From the IMG/VR virus record IMGVR_UViG_3300035701_000011, positions 33,146 to 97,145 of that record: a stretch of DNA of 64,000 bases; one strand, given 5' to 3'. The notes under the pieces were generated by a model that made no database searches, was not told the DNA's origin, and worked only from the letters and a program-made list of their open reading frames with translations. This stretch comes from a virus. Every line of letters begins with the position of its first letter. Positions within the stretch are counted from its first letter, which is position 1. The position numbers and the translations under genes are program-made. Positions 40,974 to 51,516 of this stretch are shown one piece after another.

Positions 40974-43568
40974 TTATTCTCCGTGATTCTGAATCGATAT
41001 AGACCGATTATAGTATCTACTATTTTCTAAAGTCAAACTTACAGCAAATGAACTGATATTATAAGTTATTCCTGTTATATTCATTGCTTCATCTGTAATT
41101 CCTGCAATATAAATTCGTTTAGATAGGTCTATATTATAAAAACATAATGCGTCTAATGTAATAGTAATAGTTCCTGTAATTTTTTTATCACAAATCTTAC
41201 TTAATTCCCAATCTGCTATATCATATGCAAAAGCAGTATCATCCCAAGAAGGAATAATAGTATCTACTCCTGTAGCATAATTATGTTGAACATATCCGAC
41301 TTGAATTGATAGATTGGATAAATTTAAATCTTTTATAATAGTGTCATCATAATCTCCCATTTTACCAGTAAAAAACATTAGTGGATTAGATATATCAGTT
41401 TCTGGGTCATCCGTTGGGTTTGAAGTATAAGTATAGTAATCCTTTTTCCATAAAAATACTTTTATTATTGGTGCTCGAACCGCAATACATTCTCCATTAG
41501 CATCGGTTTGATATAAATATTTTGGTTCGTTAAATTTTATAGTTTTATTTTCATAATCAATAGTAAATCCTTCTTTTATAGTTTCTATTCGTTCAAGATT
41601 CAATAAACCAACAAATCCAAAAGCATTTCCTACATTATATATTTCTATATATGGAGGATAACGGTCTGACCAAGAAGATAATTCAGGATTTAAATAAGGC
41701 ATATTATATTTTGTAAATACATCACTATAATCTAATGCTGGATTCCGATGGTCAAATCCATAACCAGTACCAGTTTGGTTAGATAATAATTCTAAACTAT
41801 TATCCCATGCTGGAGTAACAAATTGATGATAAGAAGAATAATTATATCCAGTATATGTACGAGTACGATTATCTTTTTGAACAATTTTATTACCCATTTG
41901 TACTCTAAATTTATTAACAATGTCCTCTACCGATTCATCAAAAGAATGATTTATAATATTATAAAGATTTATATTTTCTCCTAATATTTGCCTTTCTAAT
42001 TCTATAATAGACCCTTCGCCAGCAGTCCACAACTTCTTAGTTCCATCTACATCATAAAACCAACCATAATTACCCATTTCTTTAATAAGATTAGTAATTG
42101 CGTCTGATTTTCCAACTGCAAAATTATCCATTGTTTCTGGAGTAAAATTACCAATTCCAGGAGTCCAACTATGTTCTGCTGTTAATGCTACTGCAAGAGT
42201 TTCATAATAAAGTTCTTTATCATCGGTTGGTTTGTGTCCTATATGATAATAAACGTTAGTCTTATTTTGTTCCCAATATTTATTTTGACAATTTATTCTT
42301 ATTTTTTCTGGGTCTTCAGCAGGAGAAATTTGAGTAATGTATCCAGAATATAATTCCCAATAATTAGTATAAGAATTATTGTAATATCTTATAGATACTG
42401 TTGCTTCTATTGTAGGTTTTGTTGCATCATAAGCTCTTCCTAAATCAAATGTTGCTGTATGAGAAGTATTTATATCTTTTGAAATACTAATAGAATCAAT
42501 ATCTATATCGATTTGTTCAATTCCACCAATGTAAACTTTGATGTATTCTTTTCCTAAAGATTGAATCGTACCATTTGTAGCTTTTTGCCAACTATGCATG
42601 AATCTTACATCATTAGTTATATTATTTAAAGTTAATTTTTGGGTTCTAAAATCATTAGTAACATCTGAAATAACAGATTTACATGTGTTAATAAAATTAT
42701 TAATATTTGAAAAGACTCTTATTACTGTATTTACTTTATTGTTTATGTCAGATAAGACCTGTTTTGTAAAAATAAATTTATTAATTATATCATATAATAC
42801 TTCAATAGCAATTTTTGCATCTGATAAGATTGTCTTTTGAATACCAATTGCCAAAATTTTAGTATCAGATAAAATAGTTTCTTGATATTGGTCGACAACT
42901 TTTGTATCTGATGTTATTGTTTTTTGGTCCCCTATTACTTTTATTTTAGTATCAGATAAAATAGTTTTATTAATAATGTTTGTAATAATAGCATCTGATA
43001 AAATAGTTTGTTGTTGTCCTATGACTTTTATCTTTGTATCTGATAAAATTGTCTTTATTTTTGTAGGATTTTCTACATAAGTTTCAAAATATAAATCATT
43101 AACATCATTCATTGTCCAAGAACTGCCACTATCAAATGACCTACCTGCTTTCCCATCTGGATATGGATTGGTAACACTTTTCCCAAAATGGTCATAACAA
43201 TGAGTCATATCTCCATCTACTTGATGACAAACTATAGCATAAGAAGTTCCTGAAACAACACTTGCAGGAGTAAGAAATGTTGCAATAACTTCAGCACCCC
43301 ATCCATCAGTTGAAAAACTTGCTTTAGGTATAGTAGTAGTTGCTAAAATAGTAGAGCCAGGATAATCACTAATAACATTTCTTATTTCTACTATCAAATC
43401 ATTAATTGGGTCGCTTGCTGACTTCATCATCCATAAATGAAGTTCAGTTAAATTTCCAGAAGCACCTGCCTTAAAAGTTTGACATAACCATCTAGTATCA
43501 TATATCCATTGTACACCGGCTGGTATCCAACTAGAATGGTCTAATTGATATTGGTCTAAAACTGCCAT
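40974..43568 (-). CDS. Baseplate hub/Tal-like protein with an N-terminal beta domain and TILSD repeats
   Basis: Hub-like C-terminal region (ISISK...ATF.L, LYSGYI, GTITI...IDL..RI.I); position after tape measure and distal tail genes. Confidence 0.6.
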   Translation of the reverse strand: MAVLDQYQLDHSSWIPAGVQWIYDTRWLCQTFKAGASGNLTELHLWMMKSASDPINDLIVEIRNVISDYPGSTILATTTIPKASFSTDGWGAEVIATFLTPASVVSGTSYAIVCHQVDGDMTHCYDHFGKSVTNPYPDGKAGRSFDSGSSWTMNDVNDLYFETYVENPTKIKTILSDTKIKVIGQQQTILSDAIITNIINKTILSDTKIKVIGDQKTITSDTKVVDQYQETILSDTKILAIGIQKTILSDAKIAIEVLYDIINKFIFTKQVLSDINNKVNTVIRVFSNINNFINTCKSVISDVTNDFRTQKLTLNNITNDVRFMHSWQKATNGTIQSLGKEYIKVYIGGIEQIDIDIDSISISKDINTSHTATFDLGRAYDATKPTIEATVSIRYYNNSYTNYWELYSGYITQISPAEDPEKIRINCQNKYWEQNKTNVYYHIGHKPTDDKELYYETLAVALTAEHSWTPGIGNFTPETMDNFAVGKSDAITNLIKEMGNYGWFYDVDGTKKLWTAGEGSIIELERQILGENINLYNIINHSFDESVEDIVNKFRVQMGNKIVQKDNRTRTYTGYNYSSYHQFVTPAWDNSLELLSNQTGTGYGFDHRNPALDYSDVFTKYNMPYLNPELSSWSDRYPPYIEIYNVGNAFGFVGLLNLERIETIKEGFTIDYENKTIKFNEPKYLYQTDANGECIAVRAPIIKVFLWKKDYYTYTSNPTDDPETDISNPLMFFTGKMGDYDDTIIKDLNLSNLSIQVGYVQHNYATGVDTIIPSWDDTAFAYDIADWELSKICDKKITGTITITLDALCFYNIDLSKRIYIAGITDEAMNITGITYNISSFAVSLTLENSRYYNRSISIQNHGE

Positions 43569-43569
43569 A

Positions 43570-44145
43570 TTATTCTCCTAAAATCTTGTCGTTCTTACTT
43601 AAGTTATCAAACGCCCATAAAGGTTGAAGATTAGTATAGTGAAAACATTTACGTTGCTCTTTAACTTTACTTAAATCAAACGAAACACATGGTCTAATAT
43701 GGTCAATATGCCAAAGACCATAATTATTCCAGGTCATACCTAATTGAAACTTAGATTGTAAATGATTCTTTAATTGTTCTACATTGCACCCTAATAATCT
43801 CATGGTAGATTCTGATTTGGAGATTCCTTTTAATACTTTATAAATTCTAATTCTTAAATTAACAATAATTTTATTTTTTATTTTTCTATAGTATTTTAGA
43901 TTATAAGAAATTCTTTTTTCTCGATTATTATAATAATTTTTTTTAGCCCATTCTCTTGCTTTTTCATAATTATCATAATAATACTTCAAACTATAATCAT
44001 TTACTTCTTTTTTATGAGATTCTCTATATTTTTTCTTATATTGTTTAATTTCTTCAGCATGTTCTTTTCTGTATTCAGAATTTCTTTTATTTAATTCATC
44101 TTTATGTTTTTGATAATATATTTTTCTATATTCTTTTATATCCAT
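43570..44145 (-). mobile_element. Free-standing HNH homing endonuclease (family A)
   Basis: WHIDHIRPCVSFDL...NLQPLW; start MDIKEY at 44145. Confidence 0.88.
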
Positions 44146-44146
44146 T

Positions 44147-44602
44147 TTAATCACCGATAATCCAATTACCTTGTTCATCTATGATAAGTATTATTTTCTG
44201 ATTTTTTCCATCTTTAAGCCATTGTAAACCCAAATGATATTCTATTGTATGAGATTTTTCTTTTAAATCTTGGGTTCCTATTTCTACTTTATGCCTACGG
44301 AAGAATACTAATCTACAATTTTCTTTTTTTTGTTCTGTTTCTATATAAGGAAATTCTAATCTATTATAACCAATAAGTCCGTTTGTTAAGTTTACACTAA
44401 ACATCTTACCATTGTTATTTGTTAAATTAAAATAAACTAAATCATTAAATTTTTCTTGTACTTCTCTGAATTGATGCTCTATACCGTTTTTGTCAAATTG
44501 AAAAATATGAGTACCATCTTTGAAAATTGCGTTCCAATAAAAAGATAGCGAATTCATTGAATTGTTTCCGCCATTAATATTTATGTCCATTGTATTGTCC
44601 AT
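44147..44602 (-). CDS. Hypothetical tail-module protein
   Basis: ORF and context. Confidence 0.55.
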   Translation of the reverse strand: MDNTMDININGGNNSMNSLSFYWNAIFKDGTHIFQFDKNGIEHQFREVQEKFNDLVYFNLTNNNGKMFSVNLTNGLIGYNRLEFPYIETEQKKENCRLVFFRRHKVEIGTQDLKEKSHTIEYHLGLQWLKDGKNQKIILIIDEQGNWIIGD

Positions 44603-44611
44603 TTTTATCCT

Positions 44612-45103
44612 TTAAATTTCATCGTACTGAAAAAGTAACGTTTTTTGGAAAACACTACCTGCTGGTGTTGAACCTGTTGTATGAAGTTGTAATCTTATAT
44701 ATTTTGTATACCCAGAAACTCCAGTAACACCATATTCGATTGTATTTGCACCTTCTGCTGATAGAATTGCTAAAGATGCACCTTCATTTAATGGTATATC
44801 AGAATCTCCATTAGCAACATCAGATGGTTGAACATAAGCTACATTAGCTGCTGCTTTTAATGTTTCTCCTGTTTTATATCCATTTGCATCAGAACGCCAA
44901 AATTTCAAATTACTAATTTCAGTCCATGTACCACTAAAGAAACAACGAATATATTTCTCAAAAGAAGCGTCGCCTCTAGTAATAGGATTTGTTGCAGGAA
45001 CTATTTCTGCTGCATCAATAGAACCAAAATTCACGTTTGCTACATCTGGGGTTTCAACTTCACCCGATTCATTACTTTCGTAAAAATGGTGAACAGCACT
45101 CAT
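44612..45103 (-). CDS. Putative virion structural protein
   Basis: Beta-rich, G/A/T-rich, strong RBS. Confidence 0.5.
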   Translation of the reverse strand: MSAVHHFYESNESGEVETPDVANVNFGSIDAAEIVPATNPITRGDASFEKYIRCFFSGTWTEISNLKFWRSDANGYKTGETLKAAANVAYVQPSDVANGDSDIPLNEGASLAILSAEGANTIEYGVTGVSGYTKYIRLQLHTTGSTPAGSVFQKTLLFQYDEI

Positions 45104-45254
45104 TATTATTCCTCCTTATTTTATAAATTTTTGTAATAATTCATTCCTTTTTTCTATCATTTCATTGAGTATTGCTTCTTTGGGTAAATTTTTTTCTAAA
45201 AGTTTTCTAATTAAATATAATGTTCTCTCGACAATATCATACCGTTTTTCCATA

Positions 45255-45620
45255 TTATCCTCGCCAAAAATCTGGATTTAATGCTGCTATATATTTAGAA
45301 TCTTTTTCTAAAATATTTATTTCAACATCACCATTTTTTTGATTAATTCTATATTGAATATATTTATTATCTCTCTCTATTATTAAATAAGTATATTCTA
45401 TTTTTATTTTCCCACTTTCAGAACCATTTAAATCTTTTATTGCTTCAACATAATGATATATTCTTTTAAATCCTGATAACATTAATCCTGCCTGAGTTGG
45501 AATGAAATAAATTATAGTTCGAATTTTTTTATCTTTAGGAATTTTAGTCCATTTAGTATCAAATAAAGAATCACCACTATTAAATATTTCATTATTATTA
45601 AAAATTATTTGATAAATCAT
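45255..45620 (-). CDS. Hypothetical tail-module protein
   Basis: ORF with AAGGAG RBS. Confidence 0.5.
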   Translation of the reverse strand: MIYQIIFNNNEIFNSGDSLFDTKWTKIPKDKKIRTIIYFIPTQAGLMLSGFKRIYHYVEAIKDLNGSESGKIKIEYTYLIIERDNKYIQYRINQKNGDVEINILEKDSKYIAALNPDFWRG

Positions 45621-45644
45621 TCTAACTCCTTTATTATCAATGAG

Positions 45645-46265
45645 TTATGCCCACGTATAACGCACACAACTTACAAAAGTTTCCGCAGCAGGTGTTGAAT
45701 AAGCAGCAAGAATAACTATTTTTAAATTCGCATAAAGTGTTCCTGCTCCTAATAATGCACCAGCACCCTCATTTAATAAAATAACATTACTCGCCCCTGC
45801 TATTGGCAACCATGCCCCTGTACCTATAGTTTTTGTACATCTTCCATTTAACATCGAGCTTAATGCAGTTCCATGTCCTAAACAATGATTGAGAATAGTA
45901 GTATGTGCAGAAGTATCCCATGCTTCTAGTTGAGGTTCTGTTGCAGTTGGACCATCAAAGGTAAAAGCAAAAACATGTAAATTATCTAATCCCATTCCCA
46001 CAACTAAACGTTGATAATAAGTATTAGCATGGGAATAATCATATAACAAACATTTAGAAACTGTTACTGGTGATGATGGGTTGATTATTTCGGCAGCAGC
46101 ATTTAACAAAGCAGTAGTAACTTGACCACCATTATCTTTTATATAATCACTACCTTTTGTCCAAATTAAATAATCATTTCCTAAATCCATTGCAATATAA
46201 CTTGCAGGAGTTGATATAGGTAAATCTCCTGAAGCAATATTTACACTTACAATTAAACTTGTCAT
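45645..46265 (-). CDS. Putative virion structural protein
   Basis: Beta-rich; follows the distal tail gene. Confidence 0.5.
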   Translation of the reverse strand: MTSLIVSVNIASGDLPISTPASYIAMDLGNDYLIWTKGSDYIKDNGGQVTTALLNAAAEIINPSSPVTVSKCLLYDYSHANTYYQRLVVGMGLDNLHVFAFTFDGPTATEPQLEAWDTSAHTTILNHCLGHGTALSSMLNGRCTKTIGTGAWLPIAGASNVILLNEGAGALLGAGTLYANLKIVILAAYSTPAAETFVSCVRYTWA

Positions 46266-46282
46266 TATTTATTTCCTCCTTA

Positions 46283-46699
46283 TCAATATGCAACAATTAA
46301 AAAAGTACACTCATATTCCTGCTCCCAAGTCCTTAATGATTCGGGAAAATTTATCGGTTGAATTCTTTTAACTGTAAATTGCCAATCTGTAACGTAAGTA
46401 GTTCCATTGAAATGTTCTAATGTTAATGTTGCTTGGTCTCTTGTAACCATATTTCTCATTGTAGTCATCAAACTAGTTAAATCTGCATAACCATCATTAT
46501 CAATAAGTCTACCTCTTATAATTATTTCTTCACTCTTCTTACCCGATGGAATAACTATACATCCATCTCCTCTAATTCCTTCGATAATAGTATCTTTTCC
46601 ACCTGCTTCTGGGTCAGAAATATAAAAAACATGAGGAAAAATATATTCTGAACCAGAAATATCTGAGTTAAGAACTACTCGGACAATATAACTCGCCAT
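46283..46699 (-). CDS. Distal tail (Dit)-like protein
   Basis: Directly after the tape measure; G..G....G.....I.IRG pattern. Confidence 0.55.
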   Translation of the reverse strand: MASYIVRVVLNSDISGSEYIFPHVFYISDPEAGGKDTIIEGIRGDGCIVIPSGKKSEEIIIRGRLIDNDGYADLTSLMTTMRNMVTRDQATLTLEHFNGTTYVTDWQFTVKRIQPINFPESLRTWEQEYECTFLIVAY

Positions 46700-46710
46700 A
46701 TTATTTCTCC

Positions 46711-49242
46711 TTAAATTTTAGGACTTATTCTTTTTGCAAAAATATTAATAAAAGTTTCATCTGTCATTAATTTTTCCTCTAACATTTTACTCATTAATTT
46801 TATAACTTCTTCTGCTGTTGCCATACCACCAGCATCTACATTAACATTAACATTTTGAGCACCGTAATTAGTAATATTTGCTGTTGGTGCAATCGTTCCA
46901 CCCCCAATTATCGTTGTAGGAGTTACTGTAGGAATTTTTATTTCTGGTAATCTTATAGACAATTCTTTAAATAAATTAGTAGTTTTTGCTATTGCTAATT
47001 GAGCTTCTTCAGAAAAAGAAGTCCAATATTCTTGAATTATTTTTCTATCAAACATAGAACCAGTATATTTAGTACTGATTTCTTCTGGTTTCATTTGTTG
47101 TAATTCTGCTAATCGACGAATTCTAGATTTTTCAAACATATCTGCTTGTTCATATTTCATCGATAAATCAGTTAATGTATTTATTTCTTTTTGTCTTTTT
47201 TGTAATTTAACATCTATTAATTTATTACCTAATTCTTCTAATTTTAGATTTTTTGTATGACTATCATATAAAGTTTTTGATTGTCTAACTAATTCAATTT
47301 CTTTTTTTACCTGTACTTCTACTGCATCAACACCATTATAGCGAATTTTAATTAATTCTTTTTCGATATTTAGTCTTTCTTTTTCTGATTCTGTTAATTC
47401 TGTAGATAAAGATTCTTCTTCATCAAATCCTTCTATTAATGCTTGTTTGGCAGCATCCTGACCTTTTTGAATTTTATATTGTTCATCAATAGATTTTGTT
47501 TGGTCTTCATATAATTTGTTAATTTCTTTTTGTTTTTCTGCTAATTGTATTTTCACTTTTATTGCTTCGGTTCCACCCGTAAATTTTAATTGATTTTGTA
47601 ACTCTTGAAGTTCTTTTTCAGCTGATGCGATTTTTGGTTCAAATTCTAGACTAACATTTAGTCTAATTTTTGTCATTTCTAATTCTTTTGATATATCTTC
47701 TATAGATTTCTTTAATTCTTCTGGTTTGCCTGTTTCTAAAGCTACTTTAATTCTTAATTCTTTTGTTGATATTGCAGTTATTGCATCTTGAACCTTTTTT
47801 AATCTTTCAACATTTTCGACTGTCTGAGGAGCTTTTGCTAATTTATTTCTAACATTTAATAATTCTTCTAATGATTTTACTTCGTTTAATCTTGTTTCAT
47901 TTGCTAATTGTACTTTATTAATTTCTCTAGTATAAAGTGCTCCGTAGGCTTTTTCATAATTAATAAGAGCAGCAAAATTAATTATCATTTTATCAAACAA
48001 AGATAAACTTGCTTTAAATCCTGAAGTATCCCCTATAGCAGTAGTTAATACATTCCATGCAGCACTAACTCGTTGTATTTTAATTGCTGTTGTATCTTGA
48101 ATTAATGCAAATGCTTTTTCTGCTGCACCAGCAGATGTTAAAGCTGCAATTCTAGCATCGAGTGAAGCAGTATAATTCTGCATTAACGCATATAAACCAA
48201 CCATCTGTCGTTTACTACCTAACGATGTTGCTATCTGTAATTTTTCTTGAACAGTTAAGGTTTCCCATTTACCAGCTAAATCTTCTATAATACTAGAAAC
48301 ACTACGCATTTGTGTTCCAATTACATTCGTAGCTTTTCCTGTAGAATCTAAATAAAATGGTACTTTAGCTATTTGTTCAATAGTTTTTTTACCAGAAGTT
48401 AATAATCTAGCATAAACAAATGATAATGCTCTTGCTGCTTCAGAACCACTTTTTCTAGTAACTTCAACTATAGCAGTTACGTCTCCCAAAAATTCAGACA
48501 TAGTAATTCCTAACTGATTGGCTGAAGCACCAGCCACTTTAGTTGCATCTGCTAAATCTTTAGAAGTTACAGCAAATTGTCTTTCAACATTAATCCATTT
48601 ATCTACAATTGAAGTTGCATCTCCTATACCTAATTTAAATCCCTCAATTGCAGCAGTCATGTCATTAACTGCTGTTTTTATATCGGTACCTAAAATTTTT
48701 GAGGCTAACATAGCTGCTCTTGTTAATTCTATAGTTTCTTTAACCGTTCTACCTTGTTGTGCAAAAATTAATGCTGCATCAGCAGCTTCTGAACCAGTTG
48801 TTCCATAAGCATAAGCCAAACCAACAAGGACATTTTGTAAATTTTTATACTCATCTGAAGTACCTTTACCAACTATTTTTATTCTAGTCATTGCTGTTTC
48901 TAAATCTATTAAAAATTTTATTTGAGCTTGTATAGTATTAGTAACTGCCATTATAGCACCACGTAAAATCATCCATACAGGAGCAACAATTAAAGCCCTT
49001 CTCATAGCTAATCCAAATTGTTCCATCATTGGAGTGGCTTTTTGAGTAGTATCTTTAACTTTAGTAAATGTTTCTTCTATTTGTTTACCTGTTGCTAATC
49101 CTTCTTTATCAAACATTGTCGTGATTTTTGTTTTAGATAAATTTTGAGCAGCTTTCTGGGTTTCTTGTAAACCAGCAACTACTTTTTCTTTACCCTCTAG
49201 GGCAAGCCGAATTTTTGCAAGGAAGTCTCCACCTTGTGCCAT
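46711..49242 (-). CDS. Tail tape measure protein
   Basis: TP901-type core (FAQQG, LADA....G..A...G....E), long helical region. Confidence 0.88.
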   Translation of the reverse strand: MAQGGDFLAKIRLALEGKEKVVAGLQETQKAAQNLSKTKITTMFDKEGLATGKQIEETFTKVKDTTQKATPMMEQFGLAMRRALIVAPVWMILRGAIMAVTNTIQAQIKFLIDLETAMTRIKIVGKGTSDEYKNLQNVLVGLAYAYGTTGSEAADAALIFAQQGRTVKETIELTRAAMLASKILGTDIKTAVNDMTAAIEGFKLGIGDATSIVDKWINVERQFAVTSKDLADATKVAGASANQLGITMSEFLGDVTAIVEVTRKSGSEAARALSFVYARLLTSGKKTIEQIAKVPFYLDSTGKATNVIGTQMRSVSSIIEDLAGKWETLTVQEKLQIATSLGSKRQMVGLYALMQNYTASLDARIAALTSAGAAEKAFALIQDTTAIKIQRVSAAWNVLTTAIGDTSGFKASLSLFDKMIINFAALINYEKAYGALYTREINKVQLANETRLNEVKSLEELLNVRNKLAKAPQTVENVERLKKVQDAITAISTKELRIKVALETGKPEELKKSIEDISKELEMTKIRLNVSLEFEPKIASAEKELQELQNQLKFTGGTEAIKVKIQLAEKQKEINKLYEDQTKSIDEQYKIQKGQDAAKQALIEGFDEEESLSTELTESEKERLNIEKELIKIRYNGVDAVEVQVKKEIELVRQSKTLYDSHTKNLKLEELGNKLIDVKLQKRQKEINTLTDLSMKYEQADMFEKSRIRRLAELQQMKPEEISTKYTGSMFDRKIIQEYWTSFSEEAQLAIAKTTNLFKELSIRLPEIKIPTVTPTTIIGGGTIAPTANITNYGAQNVNVNVDAGGMATAEEVIKLMSKMLEEKLMTDETFINIFAKRISPKI

Positions 49243-49244
49243 TT

Positions 49245-49589
49245 TTATTTCCCCTTAGCTGGAAAGTTTATTTTTTTTCCTGCCACTAAATGTACATCGC
49301 TTTGTTTATTATCTTTCATAATTTTTTTCATATTCTTTCTTTTCCAAATCATGTACGCATCCCAATAAATTTGATTATCTAAAACATGAGGACTAATTTT
49401 ATCTAAAATAATATCTCTATTTATAGAATCAAAATTATAAAGCCAACTTAAAAATATACTTTGAATATTAGATAAATCTATGCTGTTCCTGAATAATTTG
49501 ATACCATATACTTCTTTAGAAGCTGTGAAAAGGTTCTGATATTTTACACTTTTAGCTAACTCACAAAGATTATCCCAAATATTTGTCAT
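49245..49589 (-). CDS. Putative tail assembly chaperone (second part)
   Basis: Immediately upstream of the tape measure. Confidence 0.45.
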   Translation of the reverse strand: MTNIWDNLCELAKSVKYQNLFTASKEVYGIKLFRNSIDLSNIQSIFLSWLYNFDSINRDIILDKISPHVLDNQIYWDAYMIWKRKNMKKIMKDNKQSDVHLVAGKKINFPAKGK

Positions 49590-49600
49590 TTTAGTTCCTT

Positions 49601-50233
49601 TTAAATATTTTGTAAAAGTACCGAATAAGACCCTGCTTTATTAATTAATTCCGAATCTGGATATTTCTGGAAATTTTCAAGAGTTTCAAACATCCTACTC
49701 CATTTACCATCTTTTTTTTCGTCTAAAGAAAGATAACAAATAATTTGATATACATAGTTCAAAAGAGCATTTTCCAGACTGAACTCTAACAACAATGTTT
49801 TCTGAGTATTTATAATTTGTTTTTTGGTTCTTAATTCTTCAATTTGGTCTTTATAGGTTTTAAGAATTATTTCAGTTTCATTTTTTGAAATAGATTCACC
49901 TAATTTTGTTTGTAATTCTAAATCTTCAGCATTTAATTTTTTTATTTGGTCATCAAGTTCGTCAATATTAATTCCTCTTTCTTTATATTGCAAAATTAAA
50001 TCTTTCTCAAGAAATATATCTTTATCTTTCATCAATTGTCCAAATTTCTTTCTACGAAGAAGGTCTAATTCTTCTTTTTCTGCTAAATTAAGTAAACGAA
50101 CACGATATTTTTTGTCTTTATATTCGAAAGAAATTTTATTTTCTTTCACCAATTCTTCAACTCGACTTAACTCTAGTTCTTTAGCCATATCTTTAACTAT
50201 CTGTTCAGCCTGACCTAATTTATTATCATCCAT
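49601..50233 (-). CDS. Putative tail assembly chaperone
   Basis: Between the tail tube and tape measure; helical. Confidence 0.45.
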   Translation of the reverse strand: MDDNKLGQAEQIVKDMAKELELSRVEELVKENKISFEYKDKKYRVRLLNLAEKEELDLLRRKKFGQLMKDKDIFLEKDLILQYKERGINIDELDDQIKKLNAEDLELQTKLGESISKNETEIILKTYKDQIEELRTKKQIINTQKTLLLEFSLENALLNYVYQIICYLSLDEKKDGKWSRMFETLENFQKYPDSELINKAGSYSVLLQNI

Positions 50234-50797
50234 TTTAATTACTCCTTCCTTACATTTGTGTTAGTTAATGAAATACCTTCCTTACCGTTCAAAATGATTA
50301 TATCTAAAATATTTCGTAAACTCTCATATAATACTTCTTTAATAGCTTTTTTTTGGTCTTCTGGATTGCTATGAATCTCGAAGCGTTTCATACAAATACC
50401 TACTACTTTTTTAGATTCTTGGTCAAAAATTTGTCTTAATAATCTTTCGGTAACAATTATTTTAGCATCCATTTTTATTCCTTTTCAAATAATTTATAAG
50501 CCAAATCAAAAATACATGAAAGTATTACTGTCATTCCCCAATAAATAAAAGCAAGAATAGAAAATATTGCACTTAAAATTAATTTACATTTTTTCATTTT
50601 ATTCCTCACAAATACAAAAAATTATATGTAATTTTAAAAATAAAATTTCTATTAATAGATAATATTGTTTTATACTGAAATAAATTTTTCTTCCTTGATA
50701 ACAATAAATAGAAAAAGGCAGAGACCAAGATTTATCAATTTTAATCTTGATTCTGCCTAATTTAATTGCTATTAATATTTTTTGCCTTACTTTATTC

Positions 50798-50819
50798 ATT
50801 GTTACTCCTTACTTTATTA
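50798..50819 (-). repeat. 22-bp exact repeat, copy 1 (TAATAAAGTAAGGAGTAACAAT)
   Basis: Identical to 62251-62272. Confidence 0.8.
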
Positions 50820-51305
50820 TCGACTTAGTAATAAAAACTAATATTAATGATATAAGAAAACATAATATAATCTTATAAAAAAACTTACAATATTTGTTAT
50901 CTTTTGCAATAATTTTAATTATTTCTCTTAAAACTATATAATATATCATATTTAATTTTAAATTGCATAAATATTATTGATTCAATTAAATATAAAATAG
51001 CATTTATTTTTTGTTTTATTTAATACTCTTTTATAATTATCCATTATCTAACCCATATTATTAAATATCTAATTTATCGGCTGATAAATATTCTTTATCT
51101 ATTCTGTGTTCCCATTCTATATCATAATTACAATCTGTTAAATAATAACGAGCTAATGTACCTAATTTATCATAACGGATTATTAAGACTTTATTTTTAC
51201 TATTAACAAATCCAGCATAATCATAATTGGGGTCTGAAGTAGTATCTAAATTCATAAAAGCAAAACTCATAAAAAATAATTCCATATTAATTATTCTCCT
51301 AAAGC

Positions 51306-51350
51306 AAAAAGGGATAAACCCTTCTTCATATACGGTGAAAGGCTTATCCC
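51306..51350 (-). terminator. Intrinsic terminator downstream of the tRNA
   Basis: Minus strand GGGATAA...TTATCCC stem followed by TTTTT. Confidence 0.55.
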
Positions 51351-51395
51351 CTGCGTGTTTACTTATTTTATGCCTTACCGTACATATTACAATTT

Positions 51396-51470
51396 TGGAG
51401 CCCAAAGAGTGATTCGAACACTCCTCTGAAGTTTACAAAACTACTGCTCTTCCTACTGAGCTATTCGGGC
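51396..51470 (-). tRNA. tRNA-Thr(UGU) with encoded CCA
   Basis: GCCCGAA/TTTGGGC acceptor stem, GCTC/GAGC D-arm, loop TTTGTAA (one T-T mismatch in the stem), GAGTG-TTCGAAT-CACTC T-arm, TCCA end. Confidence 0.88.
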
Positions 51471-51516
51471 TGGTAGGAGGCTCAGATTATATCCTGAGAC
51501 CTCCTATTTTATTCAA

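Noticed and set aside
51286-51412. 5' extension of ORF 51061-51405 and ORF 51227-51412
   Set aside because: They overlap the tRNA 3' end and terminator; the real start is probably the RBS-led ATG near 51285.
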